A stretch of DNA of 64,000 nt from an uncultured Clostridia bacterium. Lineage in GTDB: Bacteria > Bacillota > Clostridia > Christensenellales > UBA1242. The position numbers and the translations under genes were made by a program. Every line of letters begins with the position of its first letter. Position 1 is the first letter of the stretch. Shown in pieces: positions 49,140 through 58,164 of this stretch. The DNA is taken from contig CAKVHW010000005.1 in assembly GCA_934754495.1 (NCBI GenBank), positions 26,533 through 90,532 on the forward strand, written 5' to 3'. The notes under the pieces are model-generated. The model made no database searches, was not told the DNA's origin, and saw only the letters and a list, made by a program, of their open reading frames with translations.

Positions 49140-49883
49140 ATGTTAACAAAAAATTTTAATGAACTTGACAACGATTATATTACATTATGGTCACAATACT
49201 TGCTTAGTCGTGAAAAAATGGCTGTGACTTATGACTTGGCAAAGTTGGCAGAATTAGGACAGATTAATGCACAAGCTAAATGGTATTTAATTGCTGGGAA
49301 CAGGATTAATGATGAGATTAATCGTCAAACAAAAGATATGTATAGCACAACCGATTATCACCAACTAATGGTTAATGCAAATAAGTGCTATAACACCGAA
49401 AGATTTATATTAAAGACACTTGTTGAAAAACTTAAAACCGAAGACACACGTGATGCTATAAATATTGCAAAATGCGATATAACAGATTTGGGTTATTATC
49501 AAAACATAATGAAGGCTATTAAAACCTTAAATGAAATGATGATGTCAGGTAAGGCAAGCTTAATAGACAACGAAATGTACCTAGAAATTTTAAATCAAAA
49601 CCCATTATGTAAGCCTGAAGATGTTAAGGATTATAGAAAAGTAAGGTCGGCACTTGCTGTACAACATGTTAAAGATAAATCTAACCCAGTATATGCTTTT
49701 GCTCTTGCTCTAAATTATCGTACATTTGGTGTAAATCCTAAGAATATGAAGAAAAGCAATATTCTATTACAACGTCTTTCAACAAGAAAATTATCTAAAA
49801 CATTCCTAGAGTATCGTGGCCCAAATGTTAGAGAAGATTATTCAATAAGACATGAGAAGTTTTCGCCAATTTTATCTTATTAA
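49140..49883 (+). CDS. Hypothetical protein (247 aa)
   Basis: The ATG at 49140 lies 9 nt after AAGGGGA, and the ORF has its own terminator; no recognisable motif. Confidence 0.68.
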   Translation: MLTKNFNELDNDYITLWSQYLLSREKMAVTYDLAKLAELGQINAQAKWYLIAGNRINDEINRQTKDMYSTTDYHQLMVNANKCYNTERFILKTLVEKLKTEDTRDAINIAKCDITDLGYYQNIMKAIKTLNEMMMSGKASLIDNEMYLEILNQNPLCKPEDVKDYRKVRSALAVQHVKDKSNPVYAFALALNYRTFGVNPKNMKKSNILLQRLSTRKLSKTFLEYRGPNVREDYSIRHEKFSPILSY

Positions 49884-49887
49884 CCTA

Positions 49888-49912
49888 AACACCCATTAAA
49901 GGGTGTTTTTTG
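49888..49912 (+). terminator. Rho-independent terminator
   Basis: aacaccc/gggtgtt stem plus a T-run. Confidence 0.8.
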
Positions 49913-49975
49913 TTACATAATTCGCCAAATTTTGCACAAATTAATACTAACCAATAGTACTAAAGGAGGTGTAAT

Positions 49976-50113
49976 ATGAACGACTGTACACTTATGGGTT
50001 TTGCGGTTGGTTTGTTAGCCGGTGCATTAATTGTTGCTAATAATAAAAAAGCACAAGAGATTGTTGAAAAAGGTAAAAAGGCTGTAAAACAACAAATTGA
50101 AAAAATGAAATAG
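49976..50113 (+). CDS. Small membrane-anchored protein (45 aa), not in the ORF track
   Basis: MNDCTLMGFAVGLLAGALIVANNKKAQEIVEKGKKAVKQQIEKMK. Strong AAGGAGG RBS 7 nt upstream. One TM helix plus a basic amphipathic tail (YtxH-like appearance). Confidence 0.6.
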   Translation: MNDCTLMGFAVGLLAGALIVANNKKAQEIVEKGKKAVKQQIEKMK

Positions 50114-50162
50114 TTTTTGTTTTTCCTTTGTAAAAAACTGGAAATTGTGCTAATATATAATT

Positions 50163-50606
50163 ATGGATAATTTAGCACACAGAATTATGGGGCTGGACTA
50201 TGGCGATGTGCGAATTGGTGTTGCACTTAGTGACACGACACACCTTATTGCCACAGGGTTTGAAACTTACACCCGAAAAACCAACAAACTTGACATTGCC
50301 CATTTAAAACAAATAATAGCAGAAAATGCGGTGAATAAGGTTGTTTTTGGGCTTCCGCTTAATATGGATGGAAGTGCTGGGATTAGGGTAGTAAAAACCA
50401 AAAGTTTTGCCGAGAAATTAAAGGCAGAATGTGATGTTGAAATTGACTTTTATGACGAACGACTAAGTTCTGTTGATGCCGAAGAAATTTTGGTTAATGC
50501 AGGGGTTAGACGTGACAAACGTAAAGAAGTTATCGACAAGCTTGCTGCCACATTAATTTTGCAAGGTTATCTAGATAAAGAAAGGGAGAATAATAAAAAT
50601 GGCTAA
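50163..50606 (+). CDS. ruvX: Holliday-junction resolvase-like / pre-16S rRNA nuclease RuvX (YqgF)
   Basis: GLDYGDVRIGVALSD N-terminal motif, FGLPLNMDGS, DERLSS. An alternative start lies at the second Met (50187). Confidence 0.9.
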   Translation: MDNLAHRIMGLDYGDVRIGVALSDTTHLIATGFETYTRKTNKLDIAHLKQIIAENAVNKVVFGLPLNMDGSAGIRVVKTKSFAEKLKAECDVEIDFYDERLSSVDAEEILVNAGVRRDKRKEVIDKLAATLILQGYLDKERENNKNG

Positions 50607-50916
50607 AAAACAATTATCACCAATTGATATGTTATTAGATGAAAACAATAAAGACAATATTGTGCTTTATGATGACAAAAATAAAGAAGTTGAATTCGAA
50701 CAAATCGCAATTATTCCACTAGATGGAAAAATGTATGCTATTCTTCGTCCACTTGGTGGCGATGACCCAATGCCAGAAGACGAAGCTTTGGTTTTTGTAA
50801 TTGACGAAGTTGATGATGAAGACGTTCTTCTACTAGAAGAAAACGAAGAAATTGAAGACAAAGTATTTGATAAATACTACGAACTTCTTAAACAACAAGG
50901 CTACGATGTAGACTAA
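50599..50916 (+). CDS. DUF1292 protein (YrzB-like)
   Basis: Acidic 105-aa protein with the pattern L.D..g.EveFE.i..i...gk.Y..L.P, in the conserved position after ruvX. Confidence 0.8.
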   Translation: MAKKQLSPIDMLLDENNKDNIVLYDDKNKEVEFEQIAIIPLDGKMYAILRPLGGDDPMPEDEALVFVIDEVDDEDVLLLEENEEIEDKVFDKYYELLKQQGYDVD

Positions 50917-51006
50917 CATTTTGTTGAATTTAATTAACACCTTAAAATAAAGCAAATTTTAAAAAAATTTACTTTAAAATAGGGTGTTGTTTTTTGTAAA
51001 AAACAC

Positions 51007-51035
51007 TTGTAATTTGGCTAAGTTTATGGTAAAAT
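51007..51035 (+). promoter_or_regulatory. Sigma-A promoter of rpsB-tsf
   Basis: TTGTAA - 17 nt - TGgTAAAAT. Confidence 0.55.
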
Positions 51036-51148
51036 GCTTGTGTTTCAAAAATTACACACCTAGTTCATATTTTAAATGCGGTTGCCTATATGGTTGCATT
51101 AAGAGTTTTAAAGGGCTGGGGAGGATTAAAAACAAGGAGGAAAAATAA

Positions 51149-51934
51149 ATGTCAGTAATTTCAATGAAGCAGTTACTAGAAGCTGGTGTTCACTTTGGAC
51201 ATCAAGCAAGAAAATGGGATCCTAAAATGGCTCCATATATTTTCACTTCAAGAAACGATATTCACATTATCAATCTTGAGGACACCGTAGTTTTGCTAGA
51301 CAAAGCATACGATTATATTAAGGAAATGGCTAGTCAAGGCAAAACAATTCTTTTTGTAGGTACTAAAAAACAAGCTCAAAAGGCTATTGAAGACGAAGCA
51401 AAAAGATGCGGAATGTACTACATCAATTCTAGATGGCTTGGTGGTACTCTTACCAACTTTAAGACTATCAGAACTAGAGTAGAACGTCTTAACAAACTTA
51501 ACAATATGGAAAAGGTTGGCGAATTTAACCTTCTACCTAAAAAGGAAGTTATCAAACTTAAAGCAGAACGTGATAAGCTAGAAAAGAACCTTGGCGGTAT
51601 TAAAGACATGGTTAAACTTCCAGATGTAATGTTTATTGTTGATACTAAGAAAGAACACATTGCAGTAGACGAAGCTAAAAAACTTAACATTCCTATTGTT
51701 GCACTTCTAGACACAAACTGTGACCCAGAACCAATTGATTACATCATTCCTGGAAACGACGATGCTATTCGTGCCGTTCAACTAATTGCTGCTGCTATTG
51801 CAAATGCAGTTATTGAAGCAAAAGAAGGCGTTGCTCCATCTCTAAACACTGAAGAGAACCCAGAAGCAGAAAAAAACATTGCTGAAATTGTTAACAAAGA
51901 AACAGCAGAAGCTGAACAAAAAGTAGAAGAATAA
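51149..51934 (+). CDS. rpsB: 30S ribosomal protein S2
   Basis: [23 protein letters not shown]-terminus, [18 protein letters not shown] motifs. Confidence 0.97.
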   Translation: MSVISMKQLLEAGVHFGHQARKWDPKMAPYIFTSRNDIHIINLEDTVVLLDKAYDYIKEMASQGKTILFVGTKKQAQKAIEDEAKRCGMYYINSRWLGGTLTNFKTIRTRVERLNKLNNMEKVGEFNLLPKKEVIKLKAERDKLEKNLGGIKDMVKLPDVMFIVDTKKEHIAVDEAKKLNIPIVALLDTNCDPEPIDYIIPGNDDAIRAVQLIAAAIANAVIEAKEGVAPSLNTEENPEAEKNIAEIVNKETAEAEQKVEE

Positions 51935-51952
51935 TTTTAGGGGGAATATAAA

Positions 51953-52597
51953 ATGTATTCAACAGAAGATATTGTAAAATTAAGAAAAAGAACCAATGCT
52001 GGTGTTATGGATTGTAAAAATGCATTGGTAGAATGTGGTGGCGACCTTGACAAGGCTACTGAATGGCTAAGAGAAAAGGGTATCGCTAAAGCAGCAAAAA
52101 AAGCAGATAGAATTGCAGCTGAAGGTCTTGTATACTCTTACATTCATATGGGTGGCAAGATTGGTGTACTTGTAGAAGTTAACTGCGAAACAGACTTCGT
52201 TGCACGTAGTGAAAATTTTGTAAACCTTTGCAAAGACATAGCTATGCACATTGCTGCCGCTAATCCACTATACCTAGACCGTACTACTGTTCCTACAGAT
52301 GCTCTAGAACACGAAAAAGAAATTTTAAAGGCTCAAGCACTTAACGAAGGCAAACCTGCAAACATTATTGAAAAAATGATGGAAGGAAGAGTTAAAAAGT
52401 ACTATGGCGAAGTTTGTTTGCTAGAACAACCTTTTGTTAAAGATCCATCTAAAACTATCACCGATGTTATCAACGAAGCTATCTTGGTTATTGGTGAAAA
52501 AATCACTGTTAGAAGATTTACTCGTTATGAAATGGGTGAAGGTCTTGAAAAACGTAGCGACAACTTTGTTGAAGAAGTTATGGCTCAAACAAAATAA
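51953..52597 (+). CDS. tsf: Elongation factor Ts (short form)
   Basis: [21 protein letters not shown]-like N-terminus, [31 protein letters not shown]. Confidence 0.96.
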   Translation: MYSTEDIVKLRKRTNAGVMDCKNALVECGGDLDKATEWLREKGIAKAAKKADRIAAEGLVYSYIHMGGKIGVLVEVNCETDFVARSENFVNLCKDIAMHIAAANPLYLDRTTVPTDALEHEKEILKAQALNEGKPANIIEKMMEGRVKKYYGEVCLLEQPFVKDPSKTITDVINEAILVIGEKITVRRFTRYEMGEGLEKRSDNFVEEVMAQTK

Positions 52598-52613
52598 TTT
52601 TGTTTAATACAAT

Positions 52614-52647
52614 AAAAAACACTCTACAAAATGTAGAGTGTTTTTTG
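52614..52647 (+). terminator. Rho-independent terminator after tsf
   Basis: Perfect 9-bp stem cactctaca/tgtagagtg plus a T6 run. Confidence 0.9.
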
Positions 52648-52653
52648 TGTTTT

Positions 52654-52806
52654 CACACTTTTTATCATCAAACCGTATTTTTAGTTTTTGCTTTTGTGGG
52701 TTCTGGGGTGCTGTCGCACTTTTTATCAAAACTTACTTTATTTATAGTATTGGAAAATCTAAATCTTTGAGTCGTCGCACTTTTTATCAATAACCCGTAC
52801 TTTTAG
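52654..52806 (+). repeat. Three 31-33 bp direct repeats with 61-bp periodicity (28-30 bp unique spacers)
   Basis: CACACTTTTTATCATCAAACCGTATTTTTAG (52654), CGCACTTTTTATCAAAACTTACTTTATTTATAG (52715), CGCACTTTTTATCAATAACCCGTACTTTTAG (52776). Confidence 0.7.
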
Positions 52807-52832
52807 TAATTCCCATTACAAATTCAAAAAAA

Positions 52833-52998
52833 TGAATAATGTTAAGAGTGGAAATTAGAGAAAAAATATTGAATGTGAAAAGATTACAAGTTGCAATACT
52901 CCATAATGTCACTATTCACTTTTAAAAATTTATTATTGTATTGAGTCCATATATTTAAGTTTTATTATATATTTATATATAATATATTAATATTTAAG
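52833..52998 (-). repeat. Module B: two inverted copies of the module-A motif plus a (TA)-rich block
   Basis: The reverse complement of 52866-52882 is cttttcacattcaatat, against ctttccacattcaacat at 44048-44064 (15 of 17 identical). The reverse complement of 52838-52856 is aatttccactcttaacatt. TA-rich ttattatatatttatatataatatattaatat. Confidence 0.55.
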
Positions 52999-53027
52999 TT
53001 GCAAATTTGTTTTAATTTTAGTAAAAT
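52999..53027 (+). promoter_or_regulatory. Candidate sigma-A promoter of frr-uppS-cdsA-rseP
   Basis: TTGCAA - 17 nt - TAAAAT. Confidence 0.5.
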
Positions 53028-53057
53028 TACAATAATAATGTATTAAGGTGGTAAGTT

Positions 53058-53627
53058 ATGTATTCAGACGAAATTCAAATGTATTTAGATGAATTAAAAA
53101 CAAATTTAGATAAGGCTATTAATCACTTGCAAGACGAACTTTTGCAAATTAGAGCAGGTAGAGCAAATCCAAAGATTATAGAACGTATAATGGTTGATTA
53201 TTATGGTACTATGACACCTATTAACCAAATGGCAACAATTAGTGTTCCAGAGGCTCGTATGGTTGTTGTTAGTGCTTGGGATATTAGCATGATTAAGGCT
53301 ATGAGCAAGGCAATTGAAGCTGCTAATCTTGGTCTTAACCCTAGTGATGATGGCCGTACAATTAGGCTTGTTTTTCCACAACTAACTGAAGAAAGAAGAA
53401 AAGAACTTTGTAAGGAAGTAAGCAAACTTAGCGAACAATCAAAAGTTACTTGCCGTAACGAACGTCGTGACGCAATTGAAGCATTCCGTACAATGAAGAA
53501 AAACAGCGAAATTACCGAAGATGAACTTAGTAATTTGGAAAAAGAAGTTCAAAAAACTTTAGATAATTATATTGCTAAAATTGACACAATGACTAGTAAT
53601 AAAGAAAAAGAAATTATGGAGATTTAA
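53058..53627 (+). CDS. frr: Ribosome recycling factor
   Basis: LQIRAGRANP, ISVPEARMVVVSAWD, NLGLNPSDDG..IRL.FP.LTEERRKEL motifs. Confidence 0.96.
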   Translation: MYSDEIQMYLDELKTNLDKAINHLQDELLQIRAGRANPKIIERIMVDYYGTMTPINQMATISVPEARMVVVSAWDISMIKAMSKAIEAANLGLNPSDDGRTIRLVFPQLTEERRKELCKEVSKLSEQSKVTCRNERRDAIEAFRTMKKNSEITEDELSNLEKEVQKTLDNYIAKIDTMTSNKEKEIMEI

Positions 53628-53644
53628 TTCCAGCCGGAGATTAT

Positions 53645-54403
53645 ATGAAATTAGACAGTACAAAAATTCCTACTCATGTTGGAATTATTATAGACGGCAA
53701 TGGCAGATGGGCAAAGCATAGGGGACTTACTCGTTCTGATGGTCACATTGCTGGTTTTAACAACCTAAAAAAACGTGTATTTGATGCGTTTGACTTGGGG
53801 GTAAAGATACTTAGTATTTATGCTTTTTCTACTGAAAATTGGAATAGACCACAACCAGAACTTGACTGCTTGTTTGAATTGTTTGGCAAGATGTTTAAAG
53901 ACGACATTGACAAACTTAACGAAAAAGGCGTTAAAGTGCAATTTATGGGCGACTACACAAAATTTCCTGAAAAAGTAGTTGAAAATTGCGAAAACTTACT
54001 AGAAAAAACCAAAAACAACGACAAGTTTATTTTAAATCTTGGCGTAAACTATGGCGGAAAAGATGAACTTGTAAGGGGTATTAACCAAATGATTGCTGAT
54101 GGTAAAACACAAATTAGCAAGGAAGATGTTGATAATAGCCTGTACACAGCGAATTTGCCACCGTTAGACTTTTTAATTCGTACAAGTGGTGAACAACGTA
54201 TTAGCAATTTTATGCTTTGGCAAATTGCTTACACTGAGTTTTATTTCCCAAAAACACACTGGCCAGCATTTACTAAACATGACTTAGTTAAGGCTTTAAA
54301 AGTATATCAAAAACGTCATCGCCGTTTTGGTGCTATAAAAGAAGACGTTAAGAATTACGATTCAACAAATTATGAAAAGATAGATGAAAAGGACGAGAAA
54401 TAA
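53645..54403 (+). CDS. uppS: Isoprenyl transferase (undecaprenyl-diphosphate synthase)
   Basis: HVGIIIDGNGRWA, YAFSTENWNRP, IRTSGEQRISNFMLWQ motifs. Confidence 0.96.
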   Translation: MKLDSTKIPTHVGIIIDGNGRWAKHRGLTRSDGHIAGFNNLKKRVFDAFDLGVKILSIYAFSTENWNRPQPELDCLFELFGKMFKDDIDKLNEKGVKVQFMGDYTKFPEKVVENCENLLEKTKNNDKFILNLGVNYGGKDELVRGINQMIADGKTQISKEDVDNSLYTANLPPLDFLIRTSGEQRISNFMLWQIAYTEFYFPKTHWPAFTKHDLVKALKVYQKRHRRFGAIKEDVKNYDSTNYEKIDEKDEK

Positions 54404-55362
54404 TGAAAAAAAGATTGTTGACGAGTGCTGTTATTGTGGTATTACTTGCACTTGCCTTTGCTAGCAGATTGCTAACACTTTATGTGTTTGACCTAGTTAT
54501 GCTAGTAATGGCAGTTATGGGTGTTGTAGAAGTTGCACGAGTTTTGGAAAGAATGGGCAAGCACACGAATATACTAATTGTGGGCACATTCCCAGCAGTA
54601 CTTTACCTAATAACAATTTTTATTGTTGAAAAAGGGCTTAGTTGGCACTACCTTGTAATGGGGATTTTCATTGCAATGATTGTGTATTTTTTGCTTATTT
54701 TCATACTTACTTTGTGTATGAAAAAAACTACTCAAGCCGAACTTACTAAATATGAAATTACCGACACAAAACCTGCTAGATATGCGCTTGAAAAAGCTAC
54801 ATATTCACTTGGTGTTTTTGTGTACCCAGCATTACTTTTCTTGACATTAATTTTCTTAAACCACTTTGGACAACTTCATTTTGTACATTCCGTTTTGGGT
54901 GCTGAAAGCAAAGAGTTTGTGTTCTTTATCTTACTATTTGTATTCACAGTTACTATTTGTACTGATAGTATGGCAATGGTCACTGGTTCGCTATTAAAAG
55001 GACCAAAGCTATGTCCATTAATTAGCCCAAACAAAACTATTAGCGGTGCTATTGGTGGACTAGTTGGTGGTGTTGGAAGTGGAATGATTTTATACTCAAT
55101 TTACAACACTTCTAATGCTTTTAAATCACAATTTGCTGTAATTAATGGTAAGTTTTGGGTTATTATTATAATAGCCTTATTAGGGTCTATAATTAGTCAA
55201 ATTGGCGACCTTATTGCAAGTGCTCTAAAGCGTAGAGCAAGAGTTAAGGATTATGGAACAATTTTTCCAGGTCACGGCGGAGTTATGGATAGAGTAGATG
55301 GACTTATCTTCAACTCATTATTCTGCTTTATTGCCTTTACATTGCTAGTTGCTATAGCGTAA
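54403..55362 (+). CDS. cdsA: Phosphatidate cytidylyltransferase
   Basis: Polytopic protein with the CTP-transferase signature SALKRRARVKDYGTIFPGHGGVMDRVDG. Confidence 0.93.
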   Translation: MKKRLLTSAVIVVLLALAFASRLLTLYVFDLVMLVMAVMGVVEVARVLERMGKHTNILIVGTFPAVLYLITIFIVEKGLSWHYLVMGIFIAMIVYFLLIFILTLCMKKTTQAELTKYEITDTKPARYALEKATYSLGVFVYPALLFLTLIFLNHFGQLHFVHSVLGAESKEFVFFILLFVFTVTICTDSMAMVTGSLLKGPKLCPLISPNKTISGAIGGLVGGVGSGMILYSIYNTSNAFKSQFAVINGKFWVIIIIALLGSIISQIGDLIASALKRRARVKDYGTIFPGHGGVMDRVDGLIFNSLFCFIAFTLLVAIA

Positions 55363-55375
55363 AAGGAGAATTAAT

Positions 55376-56488
55376 TTGTTATCTTATCTATGTTCGGTTG
55401 GCTCGTTTTTTAAAAGCGTGCTATACATCATTTTAGCCTTGCTTGTGTTAATGATAATGATTGTTATTCATGAATTTGGTCATTACACTGCAGGCAAAAT
55501 TTTTAAATTTAAAATAAACGAATTTTCAATCGGTTTTGGTAAAGCATTGTTTAAAAAAACCAAGAAAAATGGCGAGATTTTTGCTATTAGACTTATTCCA
55601 CTTGGTGGGTATTGTGCTTTTGAAGGTGAAGACGAAGACGGCAATGTTAGCCCTGATGCCTTTAATAATAAGCCTTGGTGGCAACGTATTATTGTTCTTT
55701 TCTGTGGTGCATTTTTCAACTTTATTTCTGCAATAATTTTCTCGGTTGTTTTGCTTTGCGTGATTGGTGCTGGGTTATCAAAAATTGAAACAGTTACGGC
55801 GCTTCCATCACAGTATGTCGACTCTGCTTACACATTACAACAAGGCGATGTTGTGAAAAAAGTTAATGGTAAAACATGTACTTTCTTAAACGGCGGATTT
55901 AATGGAATGGTGGGTGCAATTCAAGATGATACAACAGTTATTACACTTACTGTTCAACGTGTTATTGATGGCAAAAAACAAGACGTTGAAGTAAAACTTA
56001 CAAAGCACGCATATGATGTTGAAGGAAACATTGTTGAGGGTGAAGGCACTGTAAACGATTACAAAATTGGCGTTACAACAAGTTGGTATAACTACAACTT
56101 TGGTCAGGCTTTATTAAAGGCAATTCCTTTCTGTTTTTCGATAGCAGGTGAGTGCTTGGCTATACTTGGCAAATTATTAATAGGCAAATATAGTTTACGC
56201 AATCTTGGTGGACCAATAACTACAATTACTACAATTGCATCGGCATCATCACAAAGTCTTCTAAATCTATTACTATTATTCCCTTTAATAGCTATAAATT
56301 TGGCGGTATTTAACTTGCTTCCAATTCCAGCACTTGATGGTGCAAGAATGGTATTTGTTTTAATAGAGGCAATAAGGAAAAAACCTATTAATCGTGACGT
56401 TGAAGCTAAAATTCATGGTATTGGACTTATCGTTTTATTTAGTTTTGTTATTGTTGTAGATTTATTACAATTATTTGTTTTTAGGTGA
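55376..56488 (+). CDS. rseP: RIP (site-2) zinc metalloprotease RseP/RasP
   Basis: HEFGHY zinc motif in TM1, central PDZ-like region, C-terminal NLLPIPALDG motif; TTG start after AAGGAG. Confidence 0.92.
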   Translation: MLSYLCSVGSFFKSVLYIILALLVLMIMIVIHEFGHYTAGKIFKFKINEFSIGFGKALFKKTKKNGEIFAIRLIPLGGYCAFEGEDEDGNVSPDAFNNKPWWQRIIVLFCGAFFNFISAIIFSVVLLCVIGAGLSKIETVTALPSQYVDSAYTLQQGDVVKKVNGKTCTFLNGGFNGMVGAIQDDTTVITLTVQRVIDGKKQDVEVKLTKHAYDVEGNIVEGEGTVNDYKIGVTTSWYNYNFGQALLKAIPFCFSIAGECLAILGKLLIGKYSLRNLGGPITTITTIASASSQSLLNLLLLFPLIAINLAVFNLLPIPALDGARMVFVLIEAIRKKPINRDVEAKIHGIGLIVLFSFVIVVDLLQLFVFR

Positions 56489-58053
56489 TTATGGATAAAT
56501 TATTAGAATACATTAATAAAAACTTTAACAACACTTACTTTAAATTGGTAAGTGTTGTTTACGATAAGGCTACAAAAGTGGCCACATTTAAACTTATTTA
56601 TGATGGCGAATTAAAAGAATCGGATAGGCAAAAAATTAAAAACCTTATTGCCGAACTATATGAGCACAAATTCAAGGTTGACGTAAAACTAAAACGCTCG
56701 TACCTAGATGAAGATGCAATTCAAGAATATTGCTACAGAAATGTGCTTGAAAATTGTAAAAGTATATTGGGTTTTTCTAAGGGTGATGTTAGTGTCAAAC
56801 TTGAAGAAAGAGTGGCTACTATAAATATTAAAATTGCAAGTCAATTTGTAGAATTTTTACAAAATAAAAACTACGAAAAACAACTTGTAAAAGACCTTGA
56901 CAACAACTTTTTTGGCGAGTTTTATGTGGCTATTGCCGAAAAAGAAGCCGTGCAAGTAGATGATGTAATTAAAGAAAAAGAAGAAGAACTTGATGCTCTT
57001 ATTTCGTCCACAGTTTTTAAGAAAGAAAAAACAATTGAAGTGGAACTTGGAGAAGAGTTGTTTGGTGGTGAAATAAGCAATATTGCCACCGAAATTGCCG
57101 ACTTAAAAAGTGCACGACAAGGGGTTGTTGCATGTGGTAAATTACAATATTTTTTGAAAAAATCTTTCACATCAAAACGTAAAGACGAACAAGGAAATGC
57201 CATAGAAAAAGAGTTTTTCACATTTACCCTTAGTGATGGCACGGGCAAACTTCATTGTGTGTGTTTTCCAAACAAACTTACGTATGAAAAATTGGCTTCG
57301 CTAGAAGAAAAAGACGGCACAGAACTGGTTGTTTTTGGTGACTTAGAAGAATACAACGAAAGGCTAAGTTTTAAAGTGAAATCAATCTCATTTTGTAAAA
57401 TTCCAGAGAAAAAGATGGAAGAAGAAACAGTGGAAGAAAAGGGTGTAAATGAAAACTACATATTTGTGAAACCAGAGCCATATGTGAATATGAGCCAAGA
57501 CAACTTTTTGGCAAAAGCATATGAGCCAAACGAGTTTTTAAAACAAAACGATGTTGTTGTATTTGACTTTGAAACAACAGGGCTTGAATTTAATAAAAAT
57601 GAAATTATTGAAATTGGTGCTGTAAAACTTGTTAACGGCGAATTGGCTGAAACATTTAGTTGTTTTGTGAAGCCGAAACAAGCCATTCCTGATGAAATTA
57701 CTCAAATTACTCATATCACAAATGATATGGTTAAGGACGCATATCCAATAGATAAAATTATTCCTGATTTTTATAAGTTTTGTTATGGCTGTGTAATTAT
57801 GGCTTATAATATTGATTTTGACTACAAGTTTTTGGATTTTGCAGCAAGAAAATTGGGGTATAATTTTAACAACCGCCAAATTGATGCATTATATTTAGCA
57901 CGACTAAATGTTGCTGGTGCTAAAAACTTCAAGTTGGGCAGTATCTGTGCAAAACTTGGTGTTTCGTTAGAAGGTGCTCATAGGGCAGTAAATGATGCTG
58001 TTGCGACAGCAGAAGTTGTGAAACTTATTAGCTATAATGTTTCACCAAAATAG
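56485..58053 (+). CDS. PolC-like N-terminal domain + OB fold + DEDDh 3'-5' exonuclease, lacking PHP and polymerase core
   Basis: 522 aa. Exo I FDFETTG (D361, E363), Exo II AYNIDFDYKFL, Exo III HRAVNDAVATAEV (H499, D504). OB-like segment VVACGKL..FTFTLSDGTGKLHCVCF..VVFGDLEEY..LSFKV. Sits between rseP and rimP, where polC normally lies. GTG overlaps the rseP stop; an alternative ATG is at 56491. Confidence 0.8.
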   Translation: MIMDKLLEYINKNFNNTYFKLVSVVYDKATKVATFKLIYDGELKESDRQKIKNLIAELYEHKFKVDVKLKRSYLDEDAIQEYCYRNVLENCKSILGFSKGDVSVKLEERVATINIKIASQFVEFLQNKNYEKQLVKDLDNNFFGEFYVAIAEKEAVQVDDVIKEKEEELDALISSTVFKKEKTIEVELGEELFGGEISNIATEIADLKSARQGVVACGKLQYFLKKSFTSKRKDEQGNAIEKEFFTFTLSDGTGKLHCVCFPNKLTYEKLASLEEKDGTELVVFGDLEEYNERLSFKVKSISFCKIPEKKMEEETVEEKGVNENYIFVKPEPYVNMSQDNFLAKAYEPNEFLKQNDVVVFDFETTGLEFNKNEIIEIGAVKLVNGELAETFSCFVKPKQAIPDEITQITHITNDMVKDAYPIDKIIPDFYKFCYGCVIMAYNIDFDYKFLDFAARKLGYNFNNRQIDALYLARLNVAGAKNFKLGSICAKLGVSLEGAHRAVNDAVATAEVVKLISYNVSPK

Positions 58054-58164
58054 TGGCGAAAACTATTGATTTTATAGTTTTTTTATGGTACACTATTAAT
58101 GCTTTAATAGAATTACTAAGTGGGTTTTAATAAATCCACTTTAATTTTTGTAAAGGGAGTTTTT

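Noticed and set aside
50917-51148. A structured rpsB leader or small-RNA gene in the 230-nt gap before rpsB.
   Set aside because: The gap is explained by a long terminator hairpin (50936-50996) and a TTGTAA/TGgTAAAAT promoter (51007-51035). The remaining 5' UTR of about 110 nt has some GC-rich patches, but I can assign no motif by eye.
52654-52806. Calling the three 61-bp-periodic repeats a CRISPR array.
   Set aside because: There are only three copies at roughly 80 percent mutual identity with length variation. No cas genes or leader are in the window. The region is kept as a generic repeat feature and as a finding, not as a CRISPR call.
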